DNA of 63,999 nucleotides, counting the filler, from Octopus bimaculoides (Eukaryota), in assembly GCF_001194135.2 (NCBI RefSeq). It is 5 parts of 5 records of this genome, joined end to end, with 100 filler letters (N's around TTAATTAATTAA, not from the genome) between each part and the next. Parts side by side here need not be neighbours in the genome. Positions count along the whole stretch, not along the records: positions 1 to 19,515 come from NC_068988.1; positions 19,616 to 45,192 come from NC_068995.1; 3 more parts are not named here. One strand, given 5' to 3'. Below are positions 11,741 to 23,461 of the stretch, one piece after another; position 1 is the first letter of the stretch, and every line of letters starts with the position of its first letter. A program made the translations under genes and the position numbers. The notes beneath the pieces are model-generated. The model saw only the letters and a program-made list of their open reading frames with translations, ran no database searches and was not told where the DNA came from.

Positions 11741-12139
11741 GTCGCTTATGAGTTTTGCAGAAGTACTTATATTTCAAATCAGAGGAATTTCTTTATGTTG
11801 CATTTTCTTTGGTGTTCCTGGAAAAAAAAATTCTGTGATTGGAATTATTAGCAAATGTGCGAAACTCGTAAACCAAATATACAAATAATTACTCTGTATT
11901 CATGTATTGAGTCTTTCAATGTCCACTCAGTCTGCTAAACGGCAGAATGATGTCAATCAGTGTAACATGAATACGTGAATGTACGTATAGATACATTTGT
12001 ACGTATATGATTCAGACAGACAGACATACAGACAGACATACAGACAGACAGACATACAGACAGACATACAGATAGATAAAAACACATTTATATATGCATG
12101 CAAATAATTAGATATATGTATATATAAACGAATACACCC

Positions 12140-12179
<40 letters not shown>

Positions 12180-12416
12180 TTAGAAAAAATTAGGTACTCA
12201 GAGACCTGGATGGTTGTACATTTACAGATTTTTATTTATATGTCACATGTTTTATGAATCATAGCGTTTTCATCAACTATAATAGATTCTTCAAATCTGA
12301 AGAATTTATTAGAGTAGATGAAAGCGCTAATATATGATTTATAAAAATATGTGACATATTAATAATAATCTGTAAATGTACAACCATCCAGATCTCTGAG
12401 AACCTTTTTTTTCTAA
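12180..12416. mobile_element. Fully palindromic (foldback) MITE with TA TSD
   Basis: Arms pair imperfectly from TTAGAAAAAA/TTTTTTCTAA to the centre CTTCA-AATC-TGAAG; TA at 12178-12179 and 12417-12418. Confidence 0.8.
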
Positions 12417-12996
12417 TATATAATGCCTGTACATCACCTCCAAACCTTCTAATATATATATATATATCTATTGTTTTTCAATGATAAATATTTCAAGAGA
12501 TTACGGGGATGTACTTGCATAGCAAATAACCTGCTCTGAATTTTGTCAGTGAGCAGATCGCGGTTTCAAAGCGACGAAAATATTTTGACAAATTAAATTT
12601 AAATGTTGAAGTGAGTCTAACGGTATTTTGTGTGTATTTAAATGGCTTATAAACACCTTCCACACTGCAATTGCTTGTGTTTATATTTTAAGAGAATTAC
12701 AAGGGAAAACATGCTTAAAAACTGAAATGTTCATATAAATTCTAATATTCATTAAATTTCACAGAGATAGACCTTAATACATGTTCAAATCTTCGATAAA
12801 TTTCATAACAGTCATTTATTTCTGAAATTTCAGTGTCATTGGTTTGATTCAATTCTTGAGGCGATTTAGTTGCTATATCTAGCACGTCAAATAAGTTAAA
12901 TAGAGTCGTCCTCCTTGACCTCGTACATATGCTGTTTGTTCCTATCAAGTGTGTGTTTGGTTTTTGGTCGGGCAGTCAGGAAGGAAGGATATCCTT

Positions 12997-13000
<4 letters not shown>

Positions 13001-13095
<95 letters not shown>

Positions 13096-13241
13096 CAACA
13101 ACAACAACAATAACAACAACAACATAAAAAACGGCCGTCTGTAATCTGTTTTTAAGTGGGAACAAATCATTCAGAAATTACGTTTGCCCTACTAACCTTT
13201 GGCAAACTATTATTTACTTATTTATTTATTATTGTTGTTGC

Positions 13242-13299
<58 letters not shown>

Positions 13300-13336
13300 G
13301 TTATTATTATTATTATTATTATTATCATCATTATCA

Positions 13337-13404
<68 letters not shown>

Positions 13405-13410
13405 TTTATG

Positions 13411-13457
<47 letters not shown>

Positions 13458-13490
13458 CGTTGTTGTTGTTGTTTTTATTGTCGCTTCTGT
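13001..13490. repeat. (AAT)n/(AAC)n and (ATT)n microsatellites in opposite orientation
   Basis: Directly visible, separated by ~100 bp. Confidence 0.97.
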
Positions 13491-13752
13491 TGTTGTTTTG
13501 CGGTATATTTCTTTCACATGCGATTGTTATAATGAAGGGAGATAATGGATATTTTTTATTATTTTTGTTTTTTTTATTTTTGTTTTTGTTCTTTTACGTC
13601 TGATTTGGCACGTTACATTATTAGCGGAAATGTGTAGAAAAAAAAAAGTCCAGTACAAAACAATGGCGTTGACGAACCTTGTTTAGGAAATGTTACCATT
13701 TGTCTTTTGTAGGAATGTATTATGGTAATCATAGAATCAAAAAACATTTTAA

Positions 13753-13817
<65 letters not shown>

Positions 13818-14011
13818 AGGAAGCAAGTACCTATATGTTGGAACTAGAAATAAGTACCAAAAGCGCAAACAAACGGAGACATTTCGGATTCAGGCACTAG
13901 TTACTCCTAATGCAATGAGATGGAATAATGAAGTTATTCTGAACAGTTTTTTTTTCGATTAAAATCACGGAGAAGTTGGTGTGACTTACACACAAGTAAA
14001 TACAGTGTGTG

Positions 14012-14063
<52 letters not shown>

Positions 14064-14224
14064 CATGTGTGTGTGTGTGTTTTGAGCGTTACCATTGGTC
14101 TTGAGTCTATTTCTACAGTACTGGTAGACGCAAAACGGATGGTAACTCTCAACACACACACACACACACATACACACACGCATATATATATATATATATA
14201 TATCTACTCACAAGACTTTTGTCA

Positions 14225-14320
14225 ATCTGAGGTGATTGTAAAAATACAGGTTCAGTTCCAATGCGTGGAACTGAACCCAGAACCATGTGTTTGGGAAGCA
14301 AGCTTCCTCGCACACAGCCT
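14225..14320 (-). mobile_element. SINE type A head fragment
   Basis: GGAACTGAACCCAGAACCATGTGTTTGGGAAGCAAGC matches the reverse type A head. Confidence 0.75.
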
Positions 14321-14429
14321 CTCCTAATATATATCTTTGTGTTTGTGTGTATGTGTGTATGTATACATACATACATATACATACACATATATATATATAC
14401 ATATATATATGTGTGTATATATATATACA

Positions 14430-14489
<60 letters not shown>

Positions 14490-14682
14490 TTTATACATTC
14501 ACACACATATATATGCATTACTGTACACACAAGTATTATGCATAAACATACATATATACATAAATATATATATATAAATGTATATATATATATATATGCA
14601 TTATGTATGTGTATTTGCATGTGCTTGCTTAACCCAGTAGCACGTGACACCCTGCTTACTTCCTGTAACACCTGTTCTATAG

Positions 14683-14916
14683 CCAGTTTCCTACAGTTAT
14701 ACCAAATGCTTAGCGGATCTCTTCATACATTTCCGCTATTCACTTCCACTAACATCTGACAAGTGGGATTGCTGTAATCCCCGGGATTATCCTTATATGA
14801 TGCGTCAAATGAGTCGTTTATTCGCAAGGCATCACGGGAAGTGTGATTTCCAAGTAAAACCGGACCGTAATTGCTATATGATCGACCAGATGTGTCAGCG
14901 AATTTGCACAACTTAA
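14683..14916 (+). CDS. Candidate terminal coding exon, 77 aa, 7 Cys, unknown protein
   Basis: Acceptor CCTGTTCTATAG| then open frame [77 protein letters not shown]-stop in a complex, more GC-rich island; no TE motif recognised. Confidence 0.4.
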   Translation, partial: PVSYSYTKCLADLFIHFRYSLPLTSDKWDCCNPRDYPYMMRQMSRLFARHHGKCDFQVKPDRNCYMIDQMCQRICTT

Positions 14917-14977
14917 TTTAATGCCTTTCGCTGAAAAGTAACTTGTTTGAATTGTTAGAGTTGTAATGATAATAATG

Positions 14978-15023
<46 letters not shown>

Positions 15024-15024
<1 letters not shown>

Positions 15025-15172
15025 TTTGGTGCAAGGTCAAAAATTTCGGGGAGGGGCTAAGTCGATTACATCGACCCAAGTACTCAGCTGCATTTCAACA
15101 CATAACGTAAATCCTGAAGATATGTCGCTAGGCATTTAGTCAGGCGCAATAAGGATTCTGTCAGCTCACTGC
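15024..15172 (-). mobile_element. SINE type B (internally deleted)
   Basis: Reverse tail and head motifs, flanked by AAT repeats. Confidence 0.7.
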
Positions 15173-15494
15173 TATAGTAATAATAATGATTTCTTTTATT
15201 GGACACTAGGGCCCAAGGTATCGAGGACAATATCGAAGGACTAGTTACAGCACAACAAAAAGTTACAGAAACATGTGGCGGGGATACTTTTACATTAAAG
15301 GATATGACAGAGGATATATAATAAGAAAGTAAAAAAAAAAAAGTAATAAATAAATAAATAAATAAATAGAATCCCCAATAGCGGGGCAGTCCACTTAGGG
15401 TAATCTAGAATAAAACCCCACACAAAATCCCAAATAGTTTTGCCATCTCCTAGGCATGGAGAAGTGCCCTCTTCCAGTTTCGTTCTTCAGTCCT

Positions 15495-15646
15495 TTTTAC
15501 TACAGGCACAAGGCCTGATATTTCGGGGTTGTGGATGAGTCGATTGCATCGACCTCACTACCCAACTGGTACTTAATTTATCGACCCCGAAAGGATAAAA
15601 GGCAGAGTCAACCTCAGCGTAATTTGAACTCAGAACGTAAAGACCG
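15495..15646 (-). mobile_element. SINE type B (5' truncated)
   Basis: GGTACTTAATTTATCGACCCCGAAAGGAT core in reverse. Confidence 0.85.
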
Positions 15647-15713
15647 TGTAAGTGTGCTTGCGTGCGTCGTGTGGTTTTTGTTATTTTCTTATATACATAT
15701 ATTCGAAAGTGTG

Positions 15714-15809
15714 AAGAAGAAGAAGAAGAAGAAGAAGAAGAAGAAGAAGAAGAAGAAGAAGAAGAAGAAGAAGAAGAAGAAGAAGAAGAAGAAGAAGAAG
15801 AAGAAGAAG
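15714..15809. repeat. (GAA)n, ~31 units
   Basis: Directly visible. Confidence 0.98.
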
Positions 15810-15990
15810 GCTTGAAAATTTTGTGTTGGGGCCAGTCGATTATATCGACCCCAATACTTAACTGGTACTTTATTTTATCGACCCCGAAGGGATGGAAACC
15901 AAAGTCGATCTCGGCAGCATTTGACCCCAGAACATAATGACGGACGAAACGCTGCTAATCATTTTGTCCGGCGTACTTGCGTTTCTGCAA
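15810..15990 (-). mobile_element. SINE type B
   Basis: Reverse core and head motifs. Confidence 0.8.
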
Positions 15991-16635
15991 GCAATAATTG
16001 TAATGAATATTGTACCACGGATATTCTTAGTTCGTAATTTTCAAGAAAAAAACAAAATGTTTCTTTTGGTGACGACCATGGTAGCTGGATGTTACTGGGG
16101 TAGCGAAAGCAGCAGCTGTGTAAGATAATGGCTGAGTACCACAAGATATGGTCTAACTTTAGAATAGTGAAGCGGGTGAGGGTAAAATGTTATGGAAGAG
16201 AAACAGAGAGAGGAAGAAATAAAGGAAAGGAATATAGGGGAAAGTAACTGATTACTTGATAGATAATAAGGTCGAGCATTTTGCGTAATTAAATTTGAGG
16301 TTTATCAAAAGACCATTGTCACTATCACAACAAGCAACAATAAAGTAAATAAAAAGAAAACAAAACTGTAATAGTGTTTGATAATAGCAATTAGTTTCAT
16401 ACTTTTTAGAACAACAAGCAATAACAACGTAATAAAAAACAATAACAAGTGTTATATCAACTACTAGAAGACATTCTACCAGAGTGATTTAAGCAAGAAC
16501 ATTTAAACGTGTTTAGACATGTGGGACACATGAAGAGACGAGCAAATTGCTCTTATGGTCGTTCTTGCTTGCGTTTGAATCGTACGGCGTACAAGTGGTA
16601 AGCAAGGCAAATTTCGTTCCTGACTCATATAGACT

Positions 16636-17068
16636 CAGCGCTAGATTAACCATTAAGCAAAATAGGCACGTGCTTAGGGCATCAAGGGAAGGAGGAGGGC
16701 ACCACAGAAATGATAAATGGTTTACGGTACAAAAGAAATCACTTTAAACTTGCTAAAATAATATTCGGGATGTCTTTATCGCTGCTAAGTATAGATGCAG
16801 TTGTGTTACCTAAGATTAATTTTGAAGATCTGATCAAAGACTTCGCTATTCAAAAAAGTAGGGGGAAACTTTTCAAATATAATATAAATAAAGTGGAAGT
16901 ATATAAAAATAAACATTATTTTCCCTCTTACTGTTTTGTTTCGTTTTGAAAAATAAAAATTTATTTTATGGTTTGTTGTTGTTTATATTTTGAATTACAT
17001 AATCTTTTATGGGGACACCAAAGTCATTTTAAGTGCTTAGAGCCTCGATGGGTCTTAATACGGTCCTG
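16636..17068 (+). mobile_element. Non-autonomous hAT element with 8 bp TSD
   Basis: Ends CAGCGCTAGATTAA / TTAATACGGTCCTG; TSD TATAGACT at 16628-16635 and 17069-17076; internal remnant LSLLSIDAVVLPKINFEDLIKDFAIQKSR resembles the hAT C-terminal dimerisation domain. Confidence 0.85.
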
Positions 17069-17076
17069 TATAGACT

Positions 17077-17304
17077 CATAGGACCAATTTCTTGGTTTCC
17101 CGGTTTCCATGGCGTATACATTCCACACCTGGACAAGATGCCGATTCGTCGCAGGAAACCTCCTTTTTGCCAGATGATTGGACTGGAGCAACGTGAAATG
17201 AAGTGTTTTGCTCAAGAACACAACGCATCGCCAGGTCCAGGAATCGAAACCACAATCTTACGATCATGAGTCCAACACCCTAACCACTAAGCCACGAACC
17301 TCCT
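17077..17304 (-). mobile_element. SINE type C (tail interrupted by the hAT element)
   Basis: Matches 732-981. Confidence 0.85.
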
Positions 17305-17334
17305 GGCATATAAGACAATTAGTTCTCTGTAGAG

Positions 17335-17690
17335 ACAGAAATGGGTGTGTACTGAAGACGTTCCCTTCCAAAACACGTCGTTTGGTGTTCAATCCCACAG
17401 CGTTGTACCATGATCACGAGACTTCTACTATAGCTCTGGTCCATCGAAAACCTTGTGAATGGATTTGGCTGGCGAAAGTAAAAAGAATCCCGCGAGCGTA
17501 TCTATATATATATACATGCATACATGCATACATACATACATACATGCATACATACATACATACATACATACATACATACATACATTCATATATCACCAAA
17601 TGCCAGATATCTGAGGAGTAATGAATGTGTACTAAAACAAATCGCGGTGCTCCAGAATGGCCGCAGCACTCGAGTTGAAACGTGAAAGAA
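17335..17690 (+). mobile_element. Diverged SINE type A
   Basis: Head-like segment, internal TACA repeats, tail GCGGTGCTCCAGAATGGCCGCAG. Confidence 0.6.
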
Positions 17691-17719
17691 GTATATTTAT
17701 GTGTGTGTGTGTGTTTGTG

Positions 17720-17788
<69 letters not shown>

Positions 17789-17899
17789 GAATCTAGGTGA
17801 ACTGGTTGAATAATTGTACGATACGAAATTAGATATACAAGTAAAGCTTATTGACGCCAAAACGATGCAAAATGAAACACAGAAATGGAGACATAACAG

Positions 17900-18300
17900 T
17901 TAATGATTCATTTTGGAGGTAGAACCTCTTCATCAGGACATATGGAGAAATAGGAAATAGTGTAAAGCTGTTATATGTACTCTGTAATGTGGCAGAGAGT
18001 AGTGACATGCATAGACTGTTGTCACTATAGTAACCAGTCTGCCCCGAATAGTTTTTGTCTGTTGTTTAATGGAGATGTTTAAGTTACTAATTTCGATAGC
18101 ATCCTTGATTGTCAAAGACTGTTAAAGTCCTGGGTCAAGCACTGAACTATTTAATGTCCTGGGTCTGGCACTTCAGCAGGTGCTTTTGAACTAAAGTGTA
18201 TGTAAGCAGATGTTCTCTAATGCAGATGTGTAACTTTATGATGTAACCCCTATGTAGGATGCACGACATTTGCTGTAGACCACTTCATATGAAGTAGCAG
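17900..18300 (-). mobile_element. Decayed Penelope-like GIY-YIG fragment with decayed hammerhead
   Basis: Frameshifted VVYSKCRASYIGVT / LHICIREHL...VQKHLLKC / LTIKDAIEI; CTGATGA-A-GAGG(TTCTA)CCTC at 17936-17916. Confidence 0.6.
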
Positions 18301-18332
18301 TCAAGTACAACTAAAAGTATGTGTGGTTGCCG

Positions 18333-18390
<58 letters not shown>

Positions 18391-18903
18391 CTGTGCGTGT
18401 CCTTGCCTTGACATCACGCGATAGTTATAGAGGAATATTACAAATTTTCGTGAATATTTCAACTCTCCAGAGAAAAAGTTGCCCGGCCGTGGGGCAAGAA
18501 ATAATACTTTGTTGCTTGGAGAGAATGCTTCGCAGTATTTGTTCCGGCAGTTCAAATTCCACCGAGGTCATCTTTGCATTTTATTCTTTCGGGGTCAATA
18601 AGAAAAACAAAAAAAGAAACTCTAATCTAAGTGGAAGAACTTCGGTCCAGATGCCTTGCTGTATGTGAACCGGTTCAAATCTCACCATGGCCAACATTAT
18701 TGCTTGGATGATAGACTTAACGCGCCGCCGGTTTAACACCTCCATTCGGCATTTTATGCATCTTTAGTGGAGACTCCTTTGTTGCAAACATTCGGGAAAG
18801 GTTTGGGGTTGAGTTTACCTTCTCTCTCCCTCTCTCATTCGTCTCAGAAGCCATGTGACTTGTCATAAGTTTTGCTTTTCCTTCTGAACAAAAGATTAAT
18901 TAA

Positions 18904-18950
18904 CCCCATAACATCGGTTGACGTAAATTTACGTGCACTGTGTGCTCGCT
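18904..18950 (+). mobile_element. Orphan piggyBac-like terminus
   Basis: TTAA|CCCCATAACATCGGTTGACGTAAATTTACG; GGTTGACGTAAATTTACG recurs at the 5' end of the piggyBac remnant (49835-49852, minus). Confidence 0.55.
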
Positions 18951-19111
18951 TTGAATCAGATGGCGAAAATATACGCAGCTCTATCTGCTGCAGTTTTGTA
19001 CCCGTTTGTGTACCGGTTGATATAAATACCTACGGAATATGAAAGGCAAAGTTTAGTTTTATCCTTTTGTTATAATTCATTTCGTGCCTAGGGTACAGTC
19101 TAATAATAGTC

Positions 19112-19326
19112 TTTTCCACTATAGGCACAAGGCCCGAAATATTTTTGGGGCAGGGGGCTAGTCGATTAAATCTACCCAGTATGCAGATGGTACGTAATTT
19201 ATCGACCCCGAAAGGATAAAAGGTAAAGTCGACCTCGGTGGAATTTGAACTCAGAACGTAAAGACAGACGAAATACCGCGAAGCATTTCGCCCGGCGTGC
19301 TAACGTCTCTGCCAGTTCGCGGCCTT
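19112..19326 (-). mobile_element. SINE type B, full length
   Basis: Reverse match head to tail. Confidence 0.9.
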
Positions 19327-19615
19327 ACCCTCTAATAACATTAAATCAACTCCTGTGCTTCTCTAGTATTTTATTTCATAGTTCTTCAGGTTGTCCTCGT
19401 TTGGTTCAGAAACAAATAATACCGTGTTAAAAGAATCAATCAGTGTTAAATGAACAATAAAACAGATGGGAAAGGAAAAAAATAGGATACGTAATAGGAA
19501 AGTTAATTCAATCCGNNNNNNNNNNNNNNNNNNNNNNNNNNNNNNNNNNNNNNNNNNNNTTAATTAATTAANNNNNNNNNNNNNNNNNNNNNNNNNNNNN
19601 NNNNNNNNNNNNNNN

Positions 19616-19746
19616 TCGTTTAGTGTCCAGTTAAGGATATTGTAGCTGTAACTTATAACTGGGACAGCTAAAGTGTTAATACCTATTATCTTGTTTTTAG
19701 CATTGAGCTCTGTTTTTAGTATTGATCTAACTCGTCTATAGTACTC

Positions 19747-19750
<4 letters not shown>
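19616..19750 (-). mobile_element. R4/Dong-clade LINE fragment (post-RT region)
   Basis: KEYYRRVRSILKTELNAKNKIIGINTLAVPVISYSYNILNW; abuts (TAA)n. Confidence 0.75.
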
Positions 19751-19838
<88 letters not shown>

Positions 19839-19958
19839 TATTATTGTTATTATTATTTTATGTTTGACTTTTGTTTTGCATTTGTACAAGTTGGATCCAA
19901 GTCTCACCCAGAGACCTCAAGAGACAACAAGTTAGAAGTTCGTGTAGGTGTTATTATG

Positions 19959-19987
<29 letters not shown>

Positions 19988-19990
<3 letters not shown>

Positions 19991-20195
19991 GACGGCAAGT
20001 AGGCAGAATTGTAAGCACGTTGGACAAAATACTTAGCGGCATTTCGTCCGCCTTAATTTTCTGAGTTCACACTCCACCGAGATCGACTTTGCCTTTCATC
20101 CTTTCGGGGTCGATAGATTAAGTACCAGGTGTACACTGGGATCGATGTTATCGACTTATCCCATCCCCCGAACTGGTTGGCCTTGTGTCAAAATA
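19988..20195 (+). mobile_element. SINE type B
   Basis: Head, B box and core; flanked by ATT/CAT repeats. Confidence 0.88.
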
Positions 20196-20204
20196 ATTAT
20201 TATG

Positions 20205-20237
<33 letters not shown>

Positions 20238-20238
<1 letters not shown>

Positions 20239-20450
20239 AGGCGGTGACCTAGCAGAATCGTCAGCACGCCAGACAAAATGCTTAGCGGTATTTCGTCTGT
20301 CTTCACGTTCTGAGTTCAAATTCCGCCGAGGTCGACTTCGCCTTTCATTCTTTCGGGATTGATGGAATAGGTATCAGTTGAGCACTGGAGTCGACGGATT
20401 CGACTATTCCTCCTCCTCCAGATTTCAGGCCTTGTGCCCATAGTGGAAAG
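20238..20450 (+). mobile_element. SINE type B
   Basis: Full length, followed by (ATT)n tail. Confidence 0.9.
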
Positions 20451-20451
20451 G

Positions 20452-20504
<53 letters not shown>

Positions 20505-21015
20505 GTTATTTTTCTTCTTTTTTCAAATTTTCTTCCATTTCTCGCCGAGTGTTTTCCGTACACCTAGGGCAGAGAAACTCGTTGTATGCATTCCCAGTTT
20601 ACACACGCAAATTCACAGGTAAAACATGTATTTAAGAAAAAAAAAAAATTCATGAATGGATGTTGTTTTCACAGCGATAATGCTCTTCTCAGTACATGAG
20701 TCGTTCCACATAGCACGATTTTTTGCCCTTCCTGTAGGGATGGGAAGCCTGATATCATTTTCAAATAGGTTTCAGNNNNNNNNNNNNNNNNNNNNNNNNN
20801 NNNNNNNNNNNNNNNNNNNNNNNNNNNNNNNNNNNNNNNNNNNNNNNNNNNNNNNNNNNNNNNNNNNNNNNNNNNAACTGGGACAGCTAAAGTGTTGATA
20901 TCCATTATCTTGTTTTTAGCATTGAACTCTGTTTTTAGTATTGATCTAAACCGTCTATAGTACTCTTTCTTCATTTTTTTTTTCATTTGTGTATGTTGTA
21001 TTTATTGTACTCTTT
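20505..21015 (-). mobile_element. R4/Dong-clade LINE, 5' truncated, interrupted by a 100-N gap
   Basis: HTQMKKKMKKEYYRRFRSILKTEFNAKNKI before the gap; QKIVLCGTTHVLRRALSL-stop, 3' UTR and (TAA)n tail after it. Confidence 0.75.
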
Positions 21016-21016
21016 C

Positions 21017-21072
<56 letters not shown>

Positions 21073-21410
21073 TATTACTGAGTGAAAAAACAGCGCATGC
21101 CATCAAAGTGACACTGGAATACAAATATTCTAAGCCTAATATTCCAATTATGACTACCAGTTTGATAAGGGTACACCAGACTCATACATCACAAGTATGT
21201 GTGCACAGGATGGTGATTTCATATCAAGACAAACAGCCCATGACATTGCAGGTGGAGCACAGTAAGAATTTTCTCCAGGTCTAGTAGCACATTCCACTCA
21301 AAAGGTCCCTGAATAAGAGACGTTGAAGGATATTGAACGAAACACCCACGTTTCCAGAAGTGAACTGTTCAAATCCCAAAGAATTCCTTTCAACACATGG
21401 CTATTATTAT

Positions 21411-21771
21411 TATTATTATTCAGTAGTTTTATTTTTATAACGTGCTTTCACTTCACTACCGAGCGCAGCTCTGTGCGCCTTGGGTATGTGCTGTGGTTTG
21501 CTGTGGTGCTCTTATGTTTACTGTATTGAAAGTGTTTTGCGTAGAATGTGTGCAGTACCCAGTAGTGCAATTTTCTGTATGTTATATATATTTGTAAGTC
21601 CTGGTGTTTTTGTTATGTATTTGTCTGAATATTTTTTTATTATACCTAATAGGAATTGTTTCTGTTTTTAGATTCCACATTCGAGTTATCTCTATTTCCA
21701 GGTCTTTGTATTTTGAAAGTTTTTCCATTTCTTTTAGAGAAACGTTGTCATCTGCTGGTATTGATACATCA
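21411..21771 (-). mobile_element. R4/Dong-clade LINE 3' end (restriction-like endonuclease C-terminus)
   Basis: DVSIPADDNVSLKEMEKLSKYKDLEIEITRMWNLKTETIP...IQKIALLGTAHILRKTL; TAA repeats on both sides. Confidence 0.85.
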
Positions 21772-21819
<48 letters not shown>

Positions 21820-21821
<2 letters not shown>

Positions 21822-22030
21822 GGAAGCAAGCTGGCAGAATCGTTACCGTGCCGGGCAAAATGCTTAGCGGCATTTCGTCCGTCTTTACGTCCTGAGCTCA
21901 AATTCAGCCGAGGTCGACTCTGCCTTTCACCCTTTCGTGGTCGCTAAAATAAATACCAGCTGAGCACTGGGATCGATGTAATCGACTAGTCTCCACCCCC
22001 AAAATTGCTGTCCTTGTGTCATAATTTGAA
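21820..22030 (+). mobile_element. SINE type B
   Basis: Full length, directly after (ATT)n. Confidence 0.9.
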
Positions 22031-23397
22031 ACCATTATTGTCATCATCATTGTTATTATCCTGATTCGCAATATTTTCAACATTTGTCACAATTTACATT
22101 CGTGATTTATTACTATCCAGTGTCTTATCGATGCTGTTTTTACCAGTTTTAGTATCATAGGTATTGCTATTGTAATTGTTATTATTTTCATCCTTTTTCA
22201 TAATTATTATCATTTTTGTACTCTTGTTCTCGTTCTTCCCTGTATAAGCAACACAAAATACAAATTCCTTGCATAATGCAAAAAGTCAAGACTTAATGCT
22301 TAATGCAATCTGTTAATGTACCACTCCGATATATTGAATTAAAATATATTGCATCACGTGGTTAGAAACAGAGTGGTTCAGAAACAACTGCAACAAATAA
22401 TAAAGTAGTGCCATATTCATTCTTCAGTTATATATATATAGAAAGCGAGAGAGAGAGAGAGAGAGGAGATTGTGTATTTAGATTTATGTGTGTATATATT
22501 TTTATTAGTTTAACTCTCTCTCTCTCTTTCTCTCTCTCTCCCTCCCTTTCTACTTCACTCTCGGCAAGCTTGTTTGTACATGAGTAAGCAAACATGACGA
22601 ACCTACGTAGTTGGACTTTTTTTTTTCTTTTTATAAGATCACTATTTTTTTAAACATGTACTCCACAGCGTTGCTAGATGTATCAAACCGAACCCCCAAC
22701 TGGCAGTACAGAAAAGAGGTATCTATAAAAATATGCCTTGATTTAATATAAATACAAAACGGAAAAACATGACGTCGTGCACCAGTGGCATCACAACCCA
22801 GTCAGTAGGTAAATAATTACCTTCTTTCACAGTATAGAGCAAGATGCAGTTGCCAAACAATAAGTAGCTCATTAGCAAAATACTAAGAAACCCATGTTCG
22901 TACACACAATACATACATATACACTGTAACACAACAAGGTAATGCATGCGTATATACAATAAAATACACACGCATAATGAAAAATATGCACGCATACACA
23001 TATATACACCCAGTAGAATTCATGTACATATATGCCCGGGGTAAAATATACTACATGTATAATAAGGTACATAAGCATTATATACATATACAGACAATTA
23101 TAGATGCATAATAAACTATGCCTTTATATACACAGCAAAATGCACATGCGTGCAGTACATATATACATGACAATAATCAGTAAGCATTAGCAGACGGCAA
23201 ATGTATGACGTACAAAACCAAAAACTGAGTATATTAACCATAGTATTGNNNNNNNNNNNNNNNNNNNNNNNNNNNNNNNNNNNNNNNNNNNNNNNNNNNN
23301 NNNNNNNNNNNNNNNNNNNNNNNNNNNNNNNNNNNNNNNNNNNNNNNNNNNNNNNNNNNNNNNNNNNNNNNNNNNNNNNNNNNNNNNNNNNNNNNNN

Positions 23398-23461
<64 letters not shown>

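Noticed and set aside
12896-13545. Poly-I/L/N, poly-E/K, HT/CV/YI and ER/SL ORFs throughout the window
   Set aside because: Translations of microsatellites.
19516-19615. N44-TTAATTAATTAA-N44 blocks (also 45193-45292, 58649-58748, 62868-62967)
   Set aside because: Four identical 100 bp units with stops in all six frames: a synthetic scaffolding linker, not biology. Sequence on the two sides of each linker may not be truly adjacent.
20669-20986. Apparent short R4/Dong ORF fusing the post-RT region to the C-terminus
   Set aside because: The fusion crosses an arbitrary 100-N gap that probably hides much more sequence.
22820-22872. Possible minus-strand signal-peptide exon (MSYLLFGNCILLYTVKE, AAG|GTAATT)
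   Set aside because: Weak hydrophobic core; the only phase-compatible downstream acceptor I found (~14946) gives a stop after 38 codons.
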